Positions 39,010-49,324 of a stretch of DNA of 64,000 nt are shown here, in pieces. A program made the translations under genes and the position numbers. The notes beneath the pieces are model-generated. The model saw only the letters and a list, made by a program, of their open reading frames with translations, ran no database searches and was not told the origin of the DNA. This DNA comes from Candidatus Marinacidobacterales bacterium (GTDB lineage Bacteria; Acidobacteriota; Vicinamibacteria; Marinacidobacterales; SMYC01). The stretch spans positions 1 through 64,000 of the forward strand of contig CBDCYI010000009.1 of NCBI GenBank assembly GCA_965224085.1, given 5' to 3'. How positions within the stretch are numbered: position 1 is the stretch's first letter; every line of letters begins with the position of its first letter.

Positions 39010-40374
39010 TTATCGTAATAGGTGCCTTGCCATTACCAACAGGTTGCAGGTGATGATGGAACTCCATACGTAGGATTTGAAAGAAGGCAATGAGCGCCAT
39101 GTGCATCGGTCGAGACCAAAGACTCGTTTCAAGAACGAAATGACGCCTTCGATTCCGCAGCGAAATCGCCGTAGGCGTTGATAGACCCAGGAACTCTTGA
39201 CCATATCGGTCACCGCGAAGTGAGCCTTGGTAAAGGCAACATCTTCAACTCCCTTGCCTTTGATGGCTTCCAAGTTTGCCTTTGAAGAAAACGCGCCATC
39301 GTAGGCAACCTGGCGCGGGGCCCGTTCGTAGAGTTCGACTTGACGGTCGATCATGGTTTCCGCGAGAGTTGAATCGGACGGATTCCCATCCAAGATCACG
39401 CAATCCAAAATCATCGAGGACGAGCCACCAGTCAAACACACCTTGTGACCGTAGAGAGTCTCGCGCCGGTCTTTGCGAATAATGTCGGTGTGTTCTTCGA
39501 AGATCGAAACGACCTTTTCCTCCGCAGGCACACGCTCTTCATCAATCACTCTACGCCGAGTTTGGTTGATGACTTTTTCGGTGAGGACGAGAAAGTGCTT
39601 AAAATCCGCGGCGATCTTCTCCGCACTCGCTCGCTTCACCGGCTCGGTCAAGCCGGACTCGTCCAACTGGTCTGCAACGCGTTGAGCGGAGCGATAGGTT
39701 TCTTCCGACACCTTCAGTAGATCTCGATAGACGCGACGCCTTTGTTCCTTATCCTTCGCGTTTAGAACTCCCAGTCGACGTCTCTTCGCTCGACGCGTTC
39801 GATTGCCGAAGACCACTACTGTACCCAGCAGTTCGCGAGTTCGGCACATGAGGCGAGTGAGAACTCGGACGCAGTCATAAAGAAGCTCGGAGTCCGTAGG
39901 AGAATGAATATTCGACTCCACTACCGTGCAGTCCACTCGTACTTTTCTTCCTTTTTCGATCGCGGTCTTCTCGGCAACACTCACCAACTCTCGGTTGATT
40001 TTCTCCAGCGTTTCGAACTTCACGGCTTTGATGTTTGCTGCTAGGGTCGACTTCGACGGGCTCGGCTCTATGATGCCGAGCTGGCAAAACGTCCGATAGC
40101 TTCGAGAGTCTGCCAAGTGAAACGCCAGCTCCCGATAGGTGAACTGATTCAGCTGCTTGACCAACAACGCCCGGAGAACCTGCTCCGCGCTCATTCCCCC
40201 ACGACCAACATCGCTCCCTGCCGATGGGGTGACCGACCTCAGGTCTTGCAGTACCAGCTCATTCAGCTTAGGATGGGCATCGAGCAGCGATGATATCGTT
40301 TCGAGCTCGCGTGCGTGCTCCAGCTCCAGCCAGGGCTCGCGAAGGCTTGGTTGTGGGTTGATCGTTTTTCGCAT
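39010..40374 (-). CDS. DDE transposase (ISNCY/IS5-like), copy 2
   Basis: Identical 454-aa protein. Confidence 0.9.
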   Translation of the reverse strand: MRKTINPQPSLREPWLELEHARELETISSLLDAHPKLNELVLQDLRSVTPSAGSDVGRGGMSAEQVLRALLVKQLNQFTYRELAFHLADSRSYRTFCQLGIIEPSPSKSTLAANIKAVKFETLEKINRELVSVAEKTAIEKGRKVRVDCTVVESNIHSPTDSELLYDCVRVLTRLMCRTRELLGTVVVFGNRTRRAKRRRLGVLNAKDKEQRRRVYRDLLKVSEETYRSAQRVADQLDESGLTEPVKRASAEKIAADFKHFLVLTEKVINQTRRRVIDEERVPAEEKVVSIFEEHTDIIRKDRRETLYGHKVCLTGGSSSMILDCVILDGNPSDSTLAETMIDRQVELYERAPRQVAYDGAFSSKANLEAIKGKGVEDVAFTKAHFAVTDMVKSSWVYQRLRRFRCGIEGVISFLKRVFGLDRCTWRSLPSFKSYVWSSIITCNLLVMARHLLR

Positions 40375-40522
40375 TTAGGGCTGGTCTCCTTTGGAGTTAA
40401 GTCGTTTAGAATCTGCGTTTTTGTCGACTCGATACTAAACGACACTCCCTCAGAAGGCTAGCCCTAAATTTGCGATTACCCCTTTTTTCTCAACCTCTTA
40501 CACCTGTCAGGACGGGTACTAG

Positions 40523-41542
40523 CTAGTTCGCAGTCACTTTGCGAACGCGTTCGGTCTCCTGCCGAAGGCGCTCGAGCAGCTCGTCGCCCCCTTCGAGACT
40601 AGAGGCCAGCTCTTCCCACACCCGGGGACGGACGATGGGCTCGAACGCATCGAGCGACGGGCGAGAAACCACCACGCCCGCGGATTCCATCTCCGCGATC
40701 GCGTCTCGCTCGAGCTCGCGGGCCACTTCCGACTGGTACGAGAGGGCCTCGGCGGCGGAGCGGTCCAGGCTCCGTTGCACGTCTTCGGGGAGGGAGCGGT
40801 AGAAGCGCTCGTTCACGAGCAGCGTGATCGGGTTGTAGGTGATGGAGGTGAAGCTGAAGTAGTTGCCCACCTCTGAAAAACGGTCGGTTACGAAGCCGAT
40901 GACGTTCGCTTCGCCACCGTCGATGACGCCCTGCTGGAGAGCCGAGTACACCTCACCGTAGCTCATCGGAGTCGCCTGGACACCGAAGGCCTCGTAGGCG
41001 GAGAGATAGGTAGCATTCTGGAGCACGCGAAGTTTCAAGCCCACGAGATCGGAAGGCTCGTTGATGGGCCGCTTGCTGTTGTATACGTGCCGGAATCCGT
41101 AGTCGAGAAACCCGACAGAGCGAACACCGGTTCTCTCGAGAAGCTGCTCGCGCCACCAGTTTCCCAGCGGACCGTTGAGAACCTGCAGGCCTTCGTCGCG
41201 CGTCTCGAAGGTAAAGGGCAGATCGAAGATCTGTCCTTCCGGCACCCAGCCGGAGAGCACCGGCGTTCCGGAGATGGCCATGTGCGTGGCACCCGCCTGA
41301 AGCTGCTCGAACGCTGCCCGCTCGCCGCCCAGCTGAGCCGACGGGTAGATGACGACGCGGAATCTCCCGTCTGTTCTCTCGTCCATGAGATCGCGGATAC
41401 GCTCGGCCATCAGCTGGTAGTCCGACGCGCTCGTGTAGACGTGCGTGAAACGCACGTGCCATATGTCTTCGGACACCTCCGGTTGGCAGGCGGCCTGAGC
41501 GAGCAAGCCGCCGAGCACGAGAGGAACGACTCGCTCGATCAA
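40523..41542 (-). CDS. dctP: TRAP transporter substrate-binding protein
   Basis: YPSAQLG, DLPF, GFRHV, DLVGLKLRV, EVYSALQQGVIDG.E. Confidence 0.92.
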   Translation of the reverse strand: MIERVVPLVLGGLLAQAACQPEVSEDIWHVRFTHVYTSASDYQLMAERIRDLMDERTDGRFRVVIYPSAQLGGERAAFEQLQAGATHMAISGTPVLSGWVPEGQIFDLPFTFETRDEGLQVLNGPLGNWWREQLLERTGVRSVGFLDYGFRHVYNSKRPINEPSDLVGLKLRVLQNATYLSAYEAFGVQATPMSYGEVYSALQQGVIDGGEANVIGFVTDRFSEVGNYFSFTSITYNPITLLVNERFYRSLPEDVQRSLDRSAAEALSYQSEVARELERDAIAEMESAGVVVSRPSLDAFEPIVRPRVWEELASSLEGGDELLERLRQETERVRKVTAN

Positions 41543-42570
41543 CAGGCTAGCTCCTTGACATGGGCCACCCAGAAGCAGTCGGCACCAGGCTCGGTGACGC
41601 CAGCGCTCGCGACGCGGAGAACGATCCCCGAAGCCGGTGCTCGCAGTTTCTCGACGACTCGAAGACCGTCCGCAACGTACCCCACCCGCTCTGCCTCTTC
41701 CACTCGATCCCCCGGGCCTTTGTTCAGGCGCAGGATTCCGCCGCGGTTAGGCCTCAGGATGGAAACCCGATCGAAGCGGAAGCGTATTTCCGGCACGCGC
41801 GGCTCGCCGGTCAGCATTCCCACCGCGCGCATCACGTTCAAGACACCGTCGAGCGCCAGGGACACGAGATCATCGCGAAGCCGTCCTCCCTCCCCGAGCT
41901 CCACGACGAGTGTCGGTACGCCGGCGAGGCGGGCCTGCTCGGCGAACGAGAATTCGAGACCGCGAAAGACGACGTGCCGCCCCCGCTCCTTCGGCCTCAT
42001 CTCGTAGATGAGCTCGGTTCCGAACGCGTCCGCCATGAGCTTTCGCTTTGCCAGCGTTCGGTGCTCGTCGTCCAGCATCACCACTTGCGCGAAAGGAGCC
42101 TCGCTGGAACCGCTCATGCCGCCGTGAAAGTCGAGGCAGTAGTCGGCGGATGGAAGAACGCCGTCGAAGATCGCCCGGGCAATACGCGCGGTGAGCGGAC
42201 CGCTCGCGTCTCCTGGACACACCCGGTTCATATCGATGGGGCCCCTTGCTTCGAAGGGCCAGCCTCGCTGCCGGCTCATGAAAGCCGGTGGATTGGCGAT
42301 GGGAACCGAGACGAGAGTCCCCCGAATCTCGCGCGGGCGAACCCGCTCGACGATCTGTCGCGCCGCCTCTACCCCCACGATCTCGTCTCCGTGAAGGCCG
42401 CCCTGAACATACAGAGCCGGTCCGGGGGCTCCGGACGCGACGAGGATCGGCAATGCAAGGGGTGAGCCGTCGGGCCACGTGGCCACTGCAACGCGGCGTC
42501 TGAGGACGGTACCGGCGCGCGCGCGCACGCCGAGAAAGCTTCTACGCGCCCCAGATCGTTTGGCCGGCAT
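41539..42570 (-). CDS. Succinylglutamate desuccinylase/aspartoacylase (M14) family protein
   Basis: GLHGDE, DMNRVCPG, LDFHGG, VELG. Confidence 0.9.
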   Translation of the reverse strand: MPAKRSGARRSFLGVRARAGTVLRRRVAVATWPDGSPLALPILVASGAPGPALYVQGGLHGDEIVGVEAARQIVERVRPREIRGTLVSVPIANPPAFMSRQRGWPFEARGPIDMNRVCPGDASGPLTARIARAIFDGVLPSADYCLDFHGGMSGSSEAPFAQVVMLDDEHRTLAKRKLMADAFGTELIYEMRPKERGRHVVFRGLEFSFAEQARLAGVPTLVVELGEGGRLRDDLVSLALDGVLNVMRAVGMLTGEPRVPEIRFRFDRVSILRPNRGGILRLNKGPGDRVEEAERVGYVADGLRVVEKLRAPASGIVLRVASAGVTEPGADCFWVAHVKELAC

Positions 42571-43312
42571 CGATGAACACCGAAGCTCCGGTCACCAGTC
42601 GAGCTTCCTCGTTGCTGGCCAGAAACACCACCGCACCCACCACGTCTTCCGGGACACCAATCTCCTTCAGGGGAATTCGTGCCAGGCGGCGCTCGCGAAA
42701 TGCGGGGTCTTGGATGTCGCTCCGATTGAGATCGGTCTCGATGAGACCGGGAGCGATGGCGTTGACTCTGATGCGGTGCGGGGCCAGCTCCAAGGCCATT
42801 TGTTTGGTGAGCATCTCGATACCCGCCTTGGCCACGCAGTAGTGCGTCAAGTTCGGCGCCGCGATCGCCTGGCCTGCCGAGGACACATTGATGACCGCTC
42901 CCGCGATCTCCCGATCGATCATGCGTCGGGCCACCGCCTGGCCGACGAGAAAGTAACCTCTCAGATTCGTTTCTAGCGTCCAGTCCCACTCTTCCTGGGA
43001 AATTTCCAGAAATGGCGTTCGCTTGAGAACGCCAGCGTTGTTCACCAGTAGATCGATACCACCCAGGAAATCGTCGGCCTCCTTGACCAGGCGGTTGACA
43101 TCCTCGCTCGAATCCGTGCTCCCCTGTACCGCAGTGGCGCGCCGACCGAGCTCCCTCAATGAGCCGACGACCTCCTCCGCCGCGTCGCGACGTGACTTGA
43201 AGTTCACGACCACGTCGGCGCCTTCGCGACCGAGCGCCAGCGCAATGCCGCGGCCGATGCTTCGAGACCCTCCAGTGACCAGCGCATGCCGGGCTTCAAG
43301 GCGCATACTCAT
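42542..43312 (-). CDS. Short-chain dehydrogenase/reductase
   Basis: TGGSRSIG, NNAG, YCVAK, IRVNAIAPG. Confidence 0.93.
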   Translation of the reverse strand: MSMRLEARHALVTGGSRSIGRGIALALGREGADVVVNFKSRRDAAEEVVGSLRELGRRATAVQGSTDSSEDVNRLVKEADDFLGGIDLLVNNAGVLKRTPFLEISQEEWDWTLETNLRGYFLVGQAVARRMIDREIAGAVINVSSAGQAIAAPNLTHYCVAKAGIEMLTKQMALELAPHRIRVNAIAPGLIETDLNRSDIQDPAFRERRLARIPLKEIGVPEDVVGAVVFLASNEEARLVTGASVFIDAGQTIWGA

Positions 43313-43406
43313 TCTCCTCCGATCGAATCCAGTTGACGGAGAATAACGTCAAGCTCCGTAAGAAGCAAGCTCGGATCCTCACAAGCATCGCTTCAGTTCT
43401 AAGAGG

Positions 43407-44945
43407 CTAACCGTCCGGAACGGCCCGCCAGCACGTCATCCCAAAGCTCTCTGCTTCGTCCGGGCAGCGAATCCGACGGAAACGATCATCGAAAGACCTA
43501 AAGAGGAACTGATTTACCTCGGCGAGGAGGCGCGAGTGCACAACCCAGAGAAGATCGGACGGTTGTAGTCTGTCGTGAAGAGCTTTGACCAAGTCTCGGG
43601 CGTCAGCCGCCATCAGACTTTTATCAGCGATCTCGTCTTCGTCTATCCAACCTCGGTGTTCGGCCGACGATGTCGGATAGGAGAAGAAGGCTATCGGGCC
43701 TTTCTGCAGTCGGACGTAGTACTCCAGCGGATTGCGGGTAAATCCGGTGCAGAGCACCGCGTCAGAAGCTTTGGCATGCGTTCGGATGATCCGCGCCTGC
43801 GCCGCAACTCCTTGAAGAGGCGGCTTGGAATAATAGAAGAACAGCGCCCAGGCGGCGAGCCCCGCCGTGAGCATTACGGCCGTCGCATAGGTAACGCCAC
43901 GGAAGCTACGGGCGCCGCTGGCACAGAGCAGAAGAAAAAGAGGCAATGCGATGACGTCATAACGAGCAACCATGTAGATAGGTAGATAGAACGATACGAG
44001 AAAGGGGACGGCCAGGATGAGCATCATATTGACGGCGAAAACTCTGCCCGCTCGACCTTCTTGCCCCGAACGTGTCAGTCCCCGCAGTGCCAGGGTGCCA
44101 AAAAGCAGGTAGGCAAGAAGCTTCGGCCAAACGGGCATCGCGGCGGATCCGGTCGGCACGTAGGCTGGTATATCCCCTCCTATCGAGAACGCGGCGAATG
44201 ATTTGACGAGGGCGAGAGCGGGCGGAGTCTCGCTCCAGATGCGCTCGAGCCAGGAGGCCGCTCCCGTCTGGATCTGGTGCCGGAGGAGTGGTGTCCATGG
44301 ACTGTAGGCAAGCAGTATCGCGGTCACGCAGGCCAGGCCGAAACGAGCGGATACTTGTCGCCGAACGACGTAGAGCAACGGAGGGATCAGGAGGAAGAGT
44401 CCATAATTGTGGGTGTATAAGGAAAGCGCGGTGACAAAGCTGTAGAGGAGTCCCACATACGAAGATTTGGATCGCTTCAACCACTCGAGGCATGAGAGGG
44501 ATCCGAGTGCGAGCAGGATGAACAGGGCGTAAGGCCGTACCTGTTGGCTATGATAGATGTGTAGCGGCGAGACGGCGAGCAGAAGAGCTCCGAGCCAGGC
44601 GACGTCGGCGCCCCACAGTCGATGGCCGAGCCGGTACGCGAGCAAGACCGCCGTGACCCCGCAAAACACCGACAGACCACGCAGTGCCGCCGGCCCTGAA
44701 CCTGCTAAAGCCCTCCACAGATATAGCAGCCAGTAGTAGAGCGGCGGCGACGAGTCGTTCTTCAGTTCCGCGAGAATTCCGGTCGGAGACGCACTGGCGA
44801 CGAGCGCTGCAAAGGCTTCGTCGAACCAAAGCTCGTTCCTCTGTAGTCCGAGTAGGCGGAGTCCAAGGGCTAGGGCGAGCACGAGCCCGAGGACAACAAG
44901 CCCCCTGCGATCCGGTGGCGACGCCGGGTCGGGACGGGGAGCCAC
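43407..44945 (-). CDS. GT-C (family 39/PMT-like) membrane glycosyltransferase
   Basis: LWFDEA, PPLYY, HSQQVRPY, YTHNYG; many TM segments. Confidence 0.85.
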   Translation of the reverse strand: MAPRPDPASPPDRRGLVVLGLVLALALGLRLLGLQRNELWFDEAFAALVASASPTGILAELKNDSSPPLYYWLLYLWRALAGSGPAALRGLSVFCGVTAVLLAYRLGHRLWGADVAWLGALLLAVSPLHIYHSQQVRPYALFILLALGSLSCLEWLKRSKSSYVGLLYSFVTALSLYTHNYGLFLLIPPLLYVVRRQVSARFGLACVTAILLAYSPWTPLLRHQIQTGAASWLERIWSETPPALALVKSFAAFSIGGDIPAYVPTGSAAMPVWPKLLAYLLFGTLALRGLTRSGQEGRAGRVFAVNMMLILAVPFLVSFYLPIYMVARYDVIALPLFLLLCASGARSFRGVTYATAVMLTAGLAAWALFFYYSKPPLQGVAAQARIIRTHAKASDAVLCTGFTRNPLEYYVRLQKGPIAFFSYPTSSAEHRGWIDEDEIADKSLMAADARDLVKALHDRLQPSDLLWVVHSRLLAEVNQFLFRSFDDRFRRIRCPDEAESFGMTCWRAVPDG

Positions 44946-44951
44946 GCCGCG

Positions 44952-46031
44952 CTATTTCGCGAATAGCCGACGGGCGAAGTCGGGGTCGTCTTTGAAATAG
45001 CGGCTGAACCGGTCCAAGGTGCCGGTCCGGTCCCGGATGACCTTCATCCGCATTTTCCAAAGCTGCTCGTAACGCGGGTTTCGCGAAGCCGCTTCGCGAA
45101 ACCACTGTATCGCCTCGTCCTTGTTGCCGAGCTGGTAGTGAACGAGGCCGAGCGCCTCGTAGGCGCGGGACTCGTTGGGGTAACGGTCAACGAACTCCTT
45201 CGCGGCGGCAATCGCTTCGTCGGGTCTCCCGTCGGCTGCAAGGCGTACCGCATTTCCGTAGAGACGGTAATCCTTCCGCTTCTGCCAGAGTCGATTGAGC
45301 TCACGAACTGGCTCTTCATGGTCCATGACGCGGAGGTCGATATAGTAGCTTATCGGATACACGTCAGCACCGACGGTGGTACTGGCATCCTCAGCCCCGC
45401 CTTTACGGTAGATTCTCAACGCCGCGGACTGCTTGCCCCGCGCGTCGCCGCCCACCGTGTCTGCCTGGAGCAGTGCCGCCATGAGACGGTCGGCCAATTC
45501 GCCCTCGGTCGACTCGAAGGTGTCACCCATCGCGTCCGTCGTCTCCTTGCCGGTGAGCATGTTCCCCTGGGTCGTGTAATACTTCCCCTGGCGGTCGCCG
45601 GAATAGAAAGTACACTCGGGACCGGTGTGGGCGGCAACACGCCCTTTCGCGTCCACCGCGCCCATCTGCCGAAACTCCCGACCGGCGTCCTTGGACATGA
45701 GCATCTGGAGGCTGTCGGCGGCCGAGAAGCCCAATTCCATGAGCTGAACGCCTTCGACGGCGGTCAAGAGGTTTTGCCCGGCAAACGAGTGCTGCATGGC
45801 GATCACTCCCACGCCGGCCTTTCCGTAAAACGACATGACGTTGAAGACGCGGGAGGCGATCGCGATACCGACGTCACCCGTCTCCGGGTCGTAGCCGAGA
45901 ATGGAGTAGGTGGTGATCAACTCGTCCGGCTCGGACGCGGGCGACGAGCTCTGCATGGCTTTTAATGACGTGGTGGCAAACAGGCTGAGGCCTGCAAGCG
46001 CGAGCAGTGTCCGTCTCGCTTTTCGAAACAT
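44952..46031 (-). CDS. DUF1028 (Ntn-hydrolase-like) protein with C-terminal TPR
   Basis: Signal peptide; TYSILGYDPETG, RQMG.VD, QGNML, GGDARGKQSAAL, DLRV.DH. Confidence 0.88.
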   Translation of the reverse strand: MFRKARRTLLALAGLSLFATTSLKAMQSSSPASEPDELITTYSILGYDPETGDVGIAIASRVFNVMSFYGKAGVGVIAMQHSFAGQNLLTAVEGVQLMELGFSAADSLQMLMSKDAGREFRQMGAVDAKGRVAAHTGPECTFYSGDRQGKYYTTQGNMLTGKETTDAMGDTFESTEGELADRLMAALLQADTVGGDARGKQSAALRIYRKGGAEDASTTVGADVYPISYYIDLRVMDHEEPVRELNRLWQKRKDYRLYGNAVRLAADGRPDEAIAAAKEFVDRYPNESRAYEALGLVHYQLGNKDEAIQWFREAASRNPRYEQLWKMRMKVIRDRTGTLDRFSRYFKDDPDFARRLFAK

Positions 46032-46087
46032 GAAATCCTCCTTGAGTTCAAAACAGGGATGTTCGATCGATGGACGCATTAGGGCCC

Positions 46088-47362
46088 TCAATATCCGACG
46101 AGTCGCGGGAGAAAGAGCACGACTTCCGGGACGAAAGCGATGATAAGTGTAAAGGCGAATAAGAGTGCGAGATAGGGAATGATTGGCCGGGCGACCTCCG
46201 CCGGGGTAACCTGGCCCACGGAGCAAGCCACCAGCAAGCTCACGCCGACCGGTGGCAGGAAAACCGAGATCCCCTGCGTCGCGACGATGACGGTGCCGTA
46301 GTGAACCGGGTCAATGCCCATTTGTTTCGCGATGGGCAATAGAATCGGGGTTAGCATGACGACGGCCGGAACCCCCTCCAATATGGCGCCCAATGGTATG
46401 AAGACGAGAATCGTAAGAATGAGAAAACCCACGTCTCCCCCACCCAATTCAACCAGAGAGGCGGCCAGAGTCTGTGGCACTTGCTTCACCGCCAATGTCC
46501 AGGAGAGGAGTTTTGCGGCGCCAACGACGAAGAGCACCATACCGGTGAGGACGGCCGTGCGGACGAGCACACCCCACAGGCGACGTGGCGAGAGCTCTCG
46601 GTAGAGAGCTCCAAGTAATAGGGCGTAGGCGACGGCAATTGCGGCCGCCTCGGTGGCAGTAAAAATACCGAGGCGAATACCCCCAAGCACAATGACGACC
46701 AGCAACAGGGGGAGGGCGCCCGATAATGCCGCCCGAGCCGTAGTACCCCAGGTCTCTCGAGGTCCGCGAGGCCAGCCTTGGCGTTTCGCATGCCACCAGA
46801 TTTGGCACATCAAACCGATAGCCATGAGCAAACCGGGCACCAGACAGGCGGCAAATAGTTTTCCAATGGAGACGTTGCCGATAACGCCGTAGATGACCAT
46901 CACGATGCCGGGAGGAATCAAGATGCCCATGGCACACGCGGCGCCTACGATAGCGGTGGCACGTGCACGGCCGTATCCCTTTTCGACGAGCTGAGGGATC
47001 ATGATGCCGCCAATCACCGCCGCTTGTGCCGAAGTGGATCCAGAAACACCCGCAAAGAATGTCTCCGCGACGACCACCACATGCCCGAGTCCGCCATGTA
47101 GATGGCCCACCAAGGAATAGGCCAACGTCACCAATCGTCGGCTGATGCCTCCTATATCCATGATGAGGCCGGCAAGAATGAACAGCGGGACCGCCAGCAT
47201 GGGAAAGGAATCCATGCCGGCCACAATTTGCTGCGGGATAATCACGAGGGGTAGTTCCTCGTCGAGAACAAAAGTAAAAGCGGCTGTTCCCACCAGTGCG
47301 AAGCCGATGGGGATGCTCAGCAGCACCAGCACGATGAAAGCGACCAGAAGAAGTACAGGCAT
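46088..47362 (-). CDS. dctM: TRAP transporter large permease
   Basis: SFPMLAVPLFILAG, LIPPG, FTATEAA, GIDPVHYG, PPVG. Confidence 0.93.
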   Translation of the reverse strand: MPVLLLVAFIVLVLLSIPIGFALVGTAAFTFVLDEELPLVIIPQQIVAGMDSFPMLAVPLFILAGLIMDIGGISRRLVTLAYSLVGHLHGGLGHVVVVAETFFAGVSGSTSAQAAVIGGIMIPQLVEKGYGRARATAIVGAACAMGILIPPGIVMVIYGVIGNVSIGKLFAACLVPGLLMAIGLMCQIWWHAKRQGWPRGPRETWGTTARAALSGALPLLLVVIVLGGIRLGIFTATEAAAIAVAYALLLGALYRELSPRRLWGVLVRTAVLTGMVLFVVGAAKLLSWTLAVKQVPQTLAASLVELGGGDVGFLILTILVFIPLGAILEGVPAVVMLTPILLPIAKQMGIDPVHYGTVIVATQGISVFLPPVGVSLLVACSVGQVTPAEVARPIIPYLALLFAFTLIIAFVPEVVLFLPRLVGY

Positions 47363-47871
47363 CAGTGAGTCTTCCCCTTCAGGCCCTCTTGGCCCCCCTG
47401 CTCGGCAAGCGTGCCGCCGAGACGGGCCGCCAAATGTAACAGCATGAGCATCCCGGCCACCGGTACCGAGGCGTATACCCACGCAAGCGGCAGATCCAAC
47501 GCCGCTGAACGCTGGCCGTGGGCCAGATGCACAAGTCCAAAGCCCAAGATGATGAGGCCGAAAGCCGCGGCTGCGACGATGCCGGTGCCAAAGCGGTGGG
47601 CCCAGATTCGCGGACGACGAGGGAGCTTGGCTACCGCCAGATCGAACACAAAATGACTCTGAGACTCCAAGGCGAGCGAGGCGCCCATCATGGATAGCCA
47701 GATGAAGCAGAATCTCGACAACTCTTCGCTCCAGGGATTTGGCCGCTCGAACAGATAACGCATGGTGACCTGAAGCAGCACCACCGCGAAGACGGCGAGC
47801 ACGAGGCTTCCGGCAACTGCTGTCTCGACCGCGACCATAAAGCGGTTAAGACGTCTCACGAACTGCAACAC
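47362..47871 (-). CDS. dctQ: TRAP transporter small permease
   Basis: QVTMRYLF..PNPWSEELSRF; 4 TM segments. Confidence 0.92.
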   Translation of the reverse strand: MLQFVRRLNRFMVAVETAVAGSLVLAVFAVVLLQVTMRYLFERPNPWSEELSRFCFIWLSMMGASLALESQSHFVFDLAVAKLPRRPRIWAHRFGTGIVAAAAFGLIILGFGLVHLAHGQRSAALDLPLAWVYASVPVAGMLMLLHLAARLGGTLAEQGGQEGLKGKTH

Positions 47872-47946
47872 TGGTGTTGTCCACCTTCCACAAAAAGGTC
47901 GGGACCCCCCAAGTCAAAGTCAAAGAGTGTATCAGCCTCATAGCGT

Positions 47947-48927
47947 TTAAAGTAGAACCCCCGCCTGCACTCTCACCGTCTCGAGAGACTCCATGTCGAT
48001 GTGGGTTTCGGTGGGGATGACGGAAGCCAGCCGCCTCGCTTTCTCGGGAAGCTCCTCCCACAAATGTACGCTGACGATCAGAAGTCGGTACTTTCCTGTG
48101 ACAGCCAGCTCGGCAAGTTCCGGAATCTCACCGATGGACTTCGGCTCGAGGGTCACTTTGTCGCCTACCTCGCCTTGAAGGTAGTCGACGACGGCGCCTC
48201 CGAACCGCTCGCGGTCGGCGTCGGGTAGAACGAGCAGCACCGACGAGCCCGCAGGCAGTCTTCGAATCTTGCGAACAACGCGTTCGGACATTTTGAGCCG
48301 TATCGGGTAGATCCGGTCTTTCGCGCCCGTGCCCTCGACGATCTCGAGAAGTCGCTCGTAGCGATACGAGTTGACGAGGATTGCGGAGTAGCGTCCGAGC
48401 TCCTCCTGGGACAGCAGGGCAGCGTCATCGAAGCCGCGACCGGCGCACTTGATCTCCCAGGCGTGCTCGATCACAGCAGCATGCTCCTTCGCTGAGCTCG
48501 CGCTCAAGTCCACGTAGAGGTAGGACGGCGTGCGCGTCTCGTGCGCGATCGCCCGGCGCACGAGGAGACGGGCCAAGCCGATGGAGCTAACTTTCTTTGA
48601 CTTCGCCCACTCCACCATGCGATCGCACTCTGCCGTCGCCTCGGAAGCGACCTTCTCCACCTGCGGCGACGTCACGAGGTGGTCGGTCACCATCACGTGG
48701 CTTCGGCTCTTCGACGACAGGAACCCCAGATCCGTGAGCTCTCGATAGGCGCGTCGCACGACCGCCTCACCGACCTCGAGCTGCTTCGCGAGAGCGCGAA
48801 TCGATGGCAGGAGGTCGCCTCCGTGCAGCCGGCCGAAGGTGTAGGCGATCTTGATCTGCTCTTTGATTTGAATCCAGGGAGGCAACGAGCTCGAGCGGTC
48901 GACAAATAGTGACTTCAAGGTCTCCAC
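47947..48927 (-). CDS. GntR-family (YtrA-like HTH) regulator with a long C-terminal domain
   Basis: QIKEQIK...LPSIRALAKQLEV....VRRAYREL. Confidence 0.9.
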   Translation of the reverse strand: METLKSLFVDRSSSLPPWIQIKEQIKIAYTFGRLHGGDLLPSIRALAKQLEVGEAVVRRAYRELTDLGFLSSKSRSHVMVTDHLVTSPQVEKVASEATAECDRMVEWAKSKKVSSIGLARLLVRRAIAHETRTPSYLYVDLSASSAKEHAAVIEHAWEIKCAGRGFDDAALLSQEELGRYSAILVNSYRYERLLEIVEGTGAKDRIYPIRLKMSERVVRKIRRLPAGSSVLLVLPDADRERFGGAVVDYLQGEVGDKVTLEPKSIGEIPELAELAVTGKYRLLIVSVHLWEELPEKARRLASVIPTETHIDMESLETVRVQAGVLL

Positions 48928-49020
48928 TCCGTGTCCGACTCTGGAATGACTTTAACACAGTTGTAGCAATTCGCGGGCACCGAACCTGCAAACACAACTC
49001 GATCCAACTGCTTGAATCGA

Positions 49021-49068
49021 ATAACTAGTTATAAATCAGTTACTTAATATGTGTCATCTTTACGACAC
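49021..49068. promoter_or_regulatory. Palindromes and an IHF-like site in the divergent gntR/TBDR promoter region
   Basis: ATAACTAGTTAT (49021-49032), AATCAGTTACTTA, GTGTC-N8-GACAC (49051-49068). Confidence 0.45.
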
Positions 49069-49324
49069 TGAAAACCAGCGAATTCGCTTGACATGGACGC
49101 TTATTTTCTCCTAGATTCACTCTGTGTTCTTGGAAACATAGGCATAAATGCCATAGCGAAGGTCCGAAATGAGGGTACTGCGATGATCCGCCGACTCTTC
49201 CCCGTTCGCAGGGATGACGTGGCTGCGTTTGTTTTCGGTGCTCGCTCGGGCTTTGTGCGAAGGTTCGTGGAACGCGCCCATGTGGCCGTTCCCTATCACC
49301 GTTCATAACGGAGGACAAGAAAAA

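Larger units (their letters stand above)
37146..40519 (-). mobile_element. Head-to-tail tandem dimer of an IS (1690-bp period; ISNCY/IS5-like)
   Basis: Identical units offset by 1690 bp; imperfect IRs TAGTTCCTGTCCAGA / TAGTACCCGTCCTGA. Confidence 0.9.
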
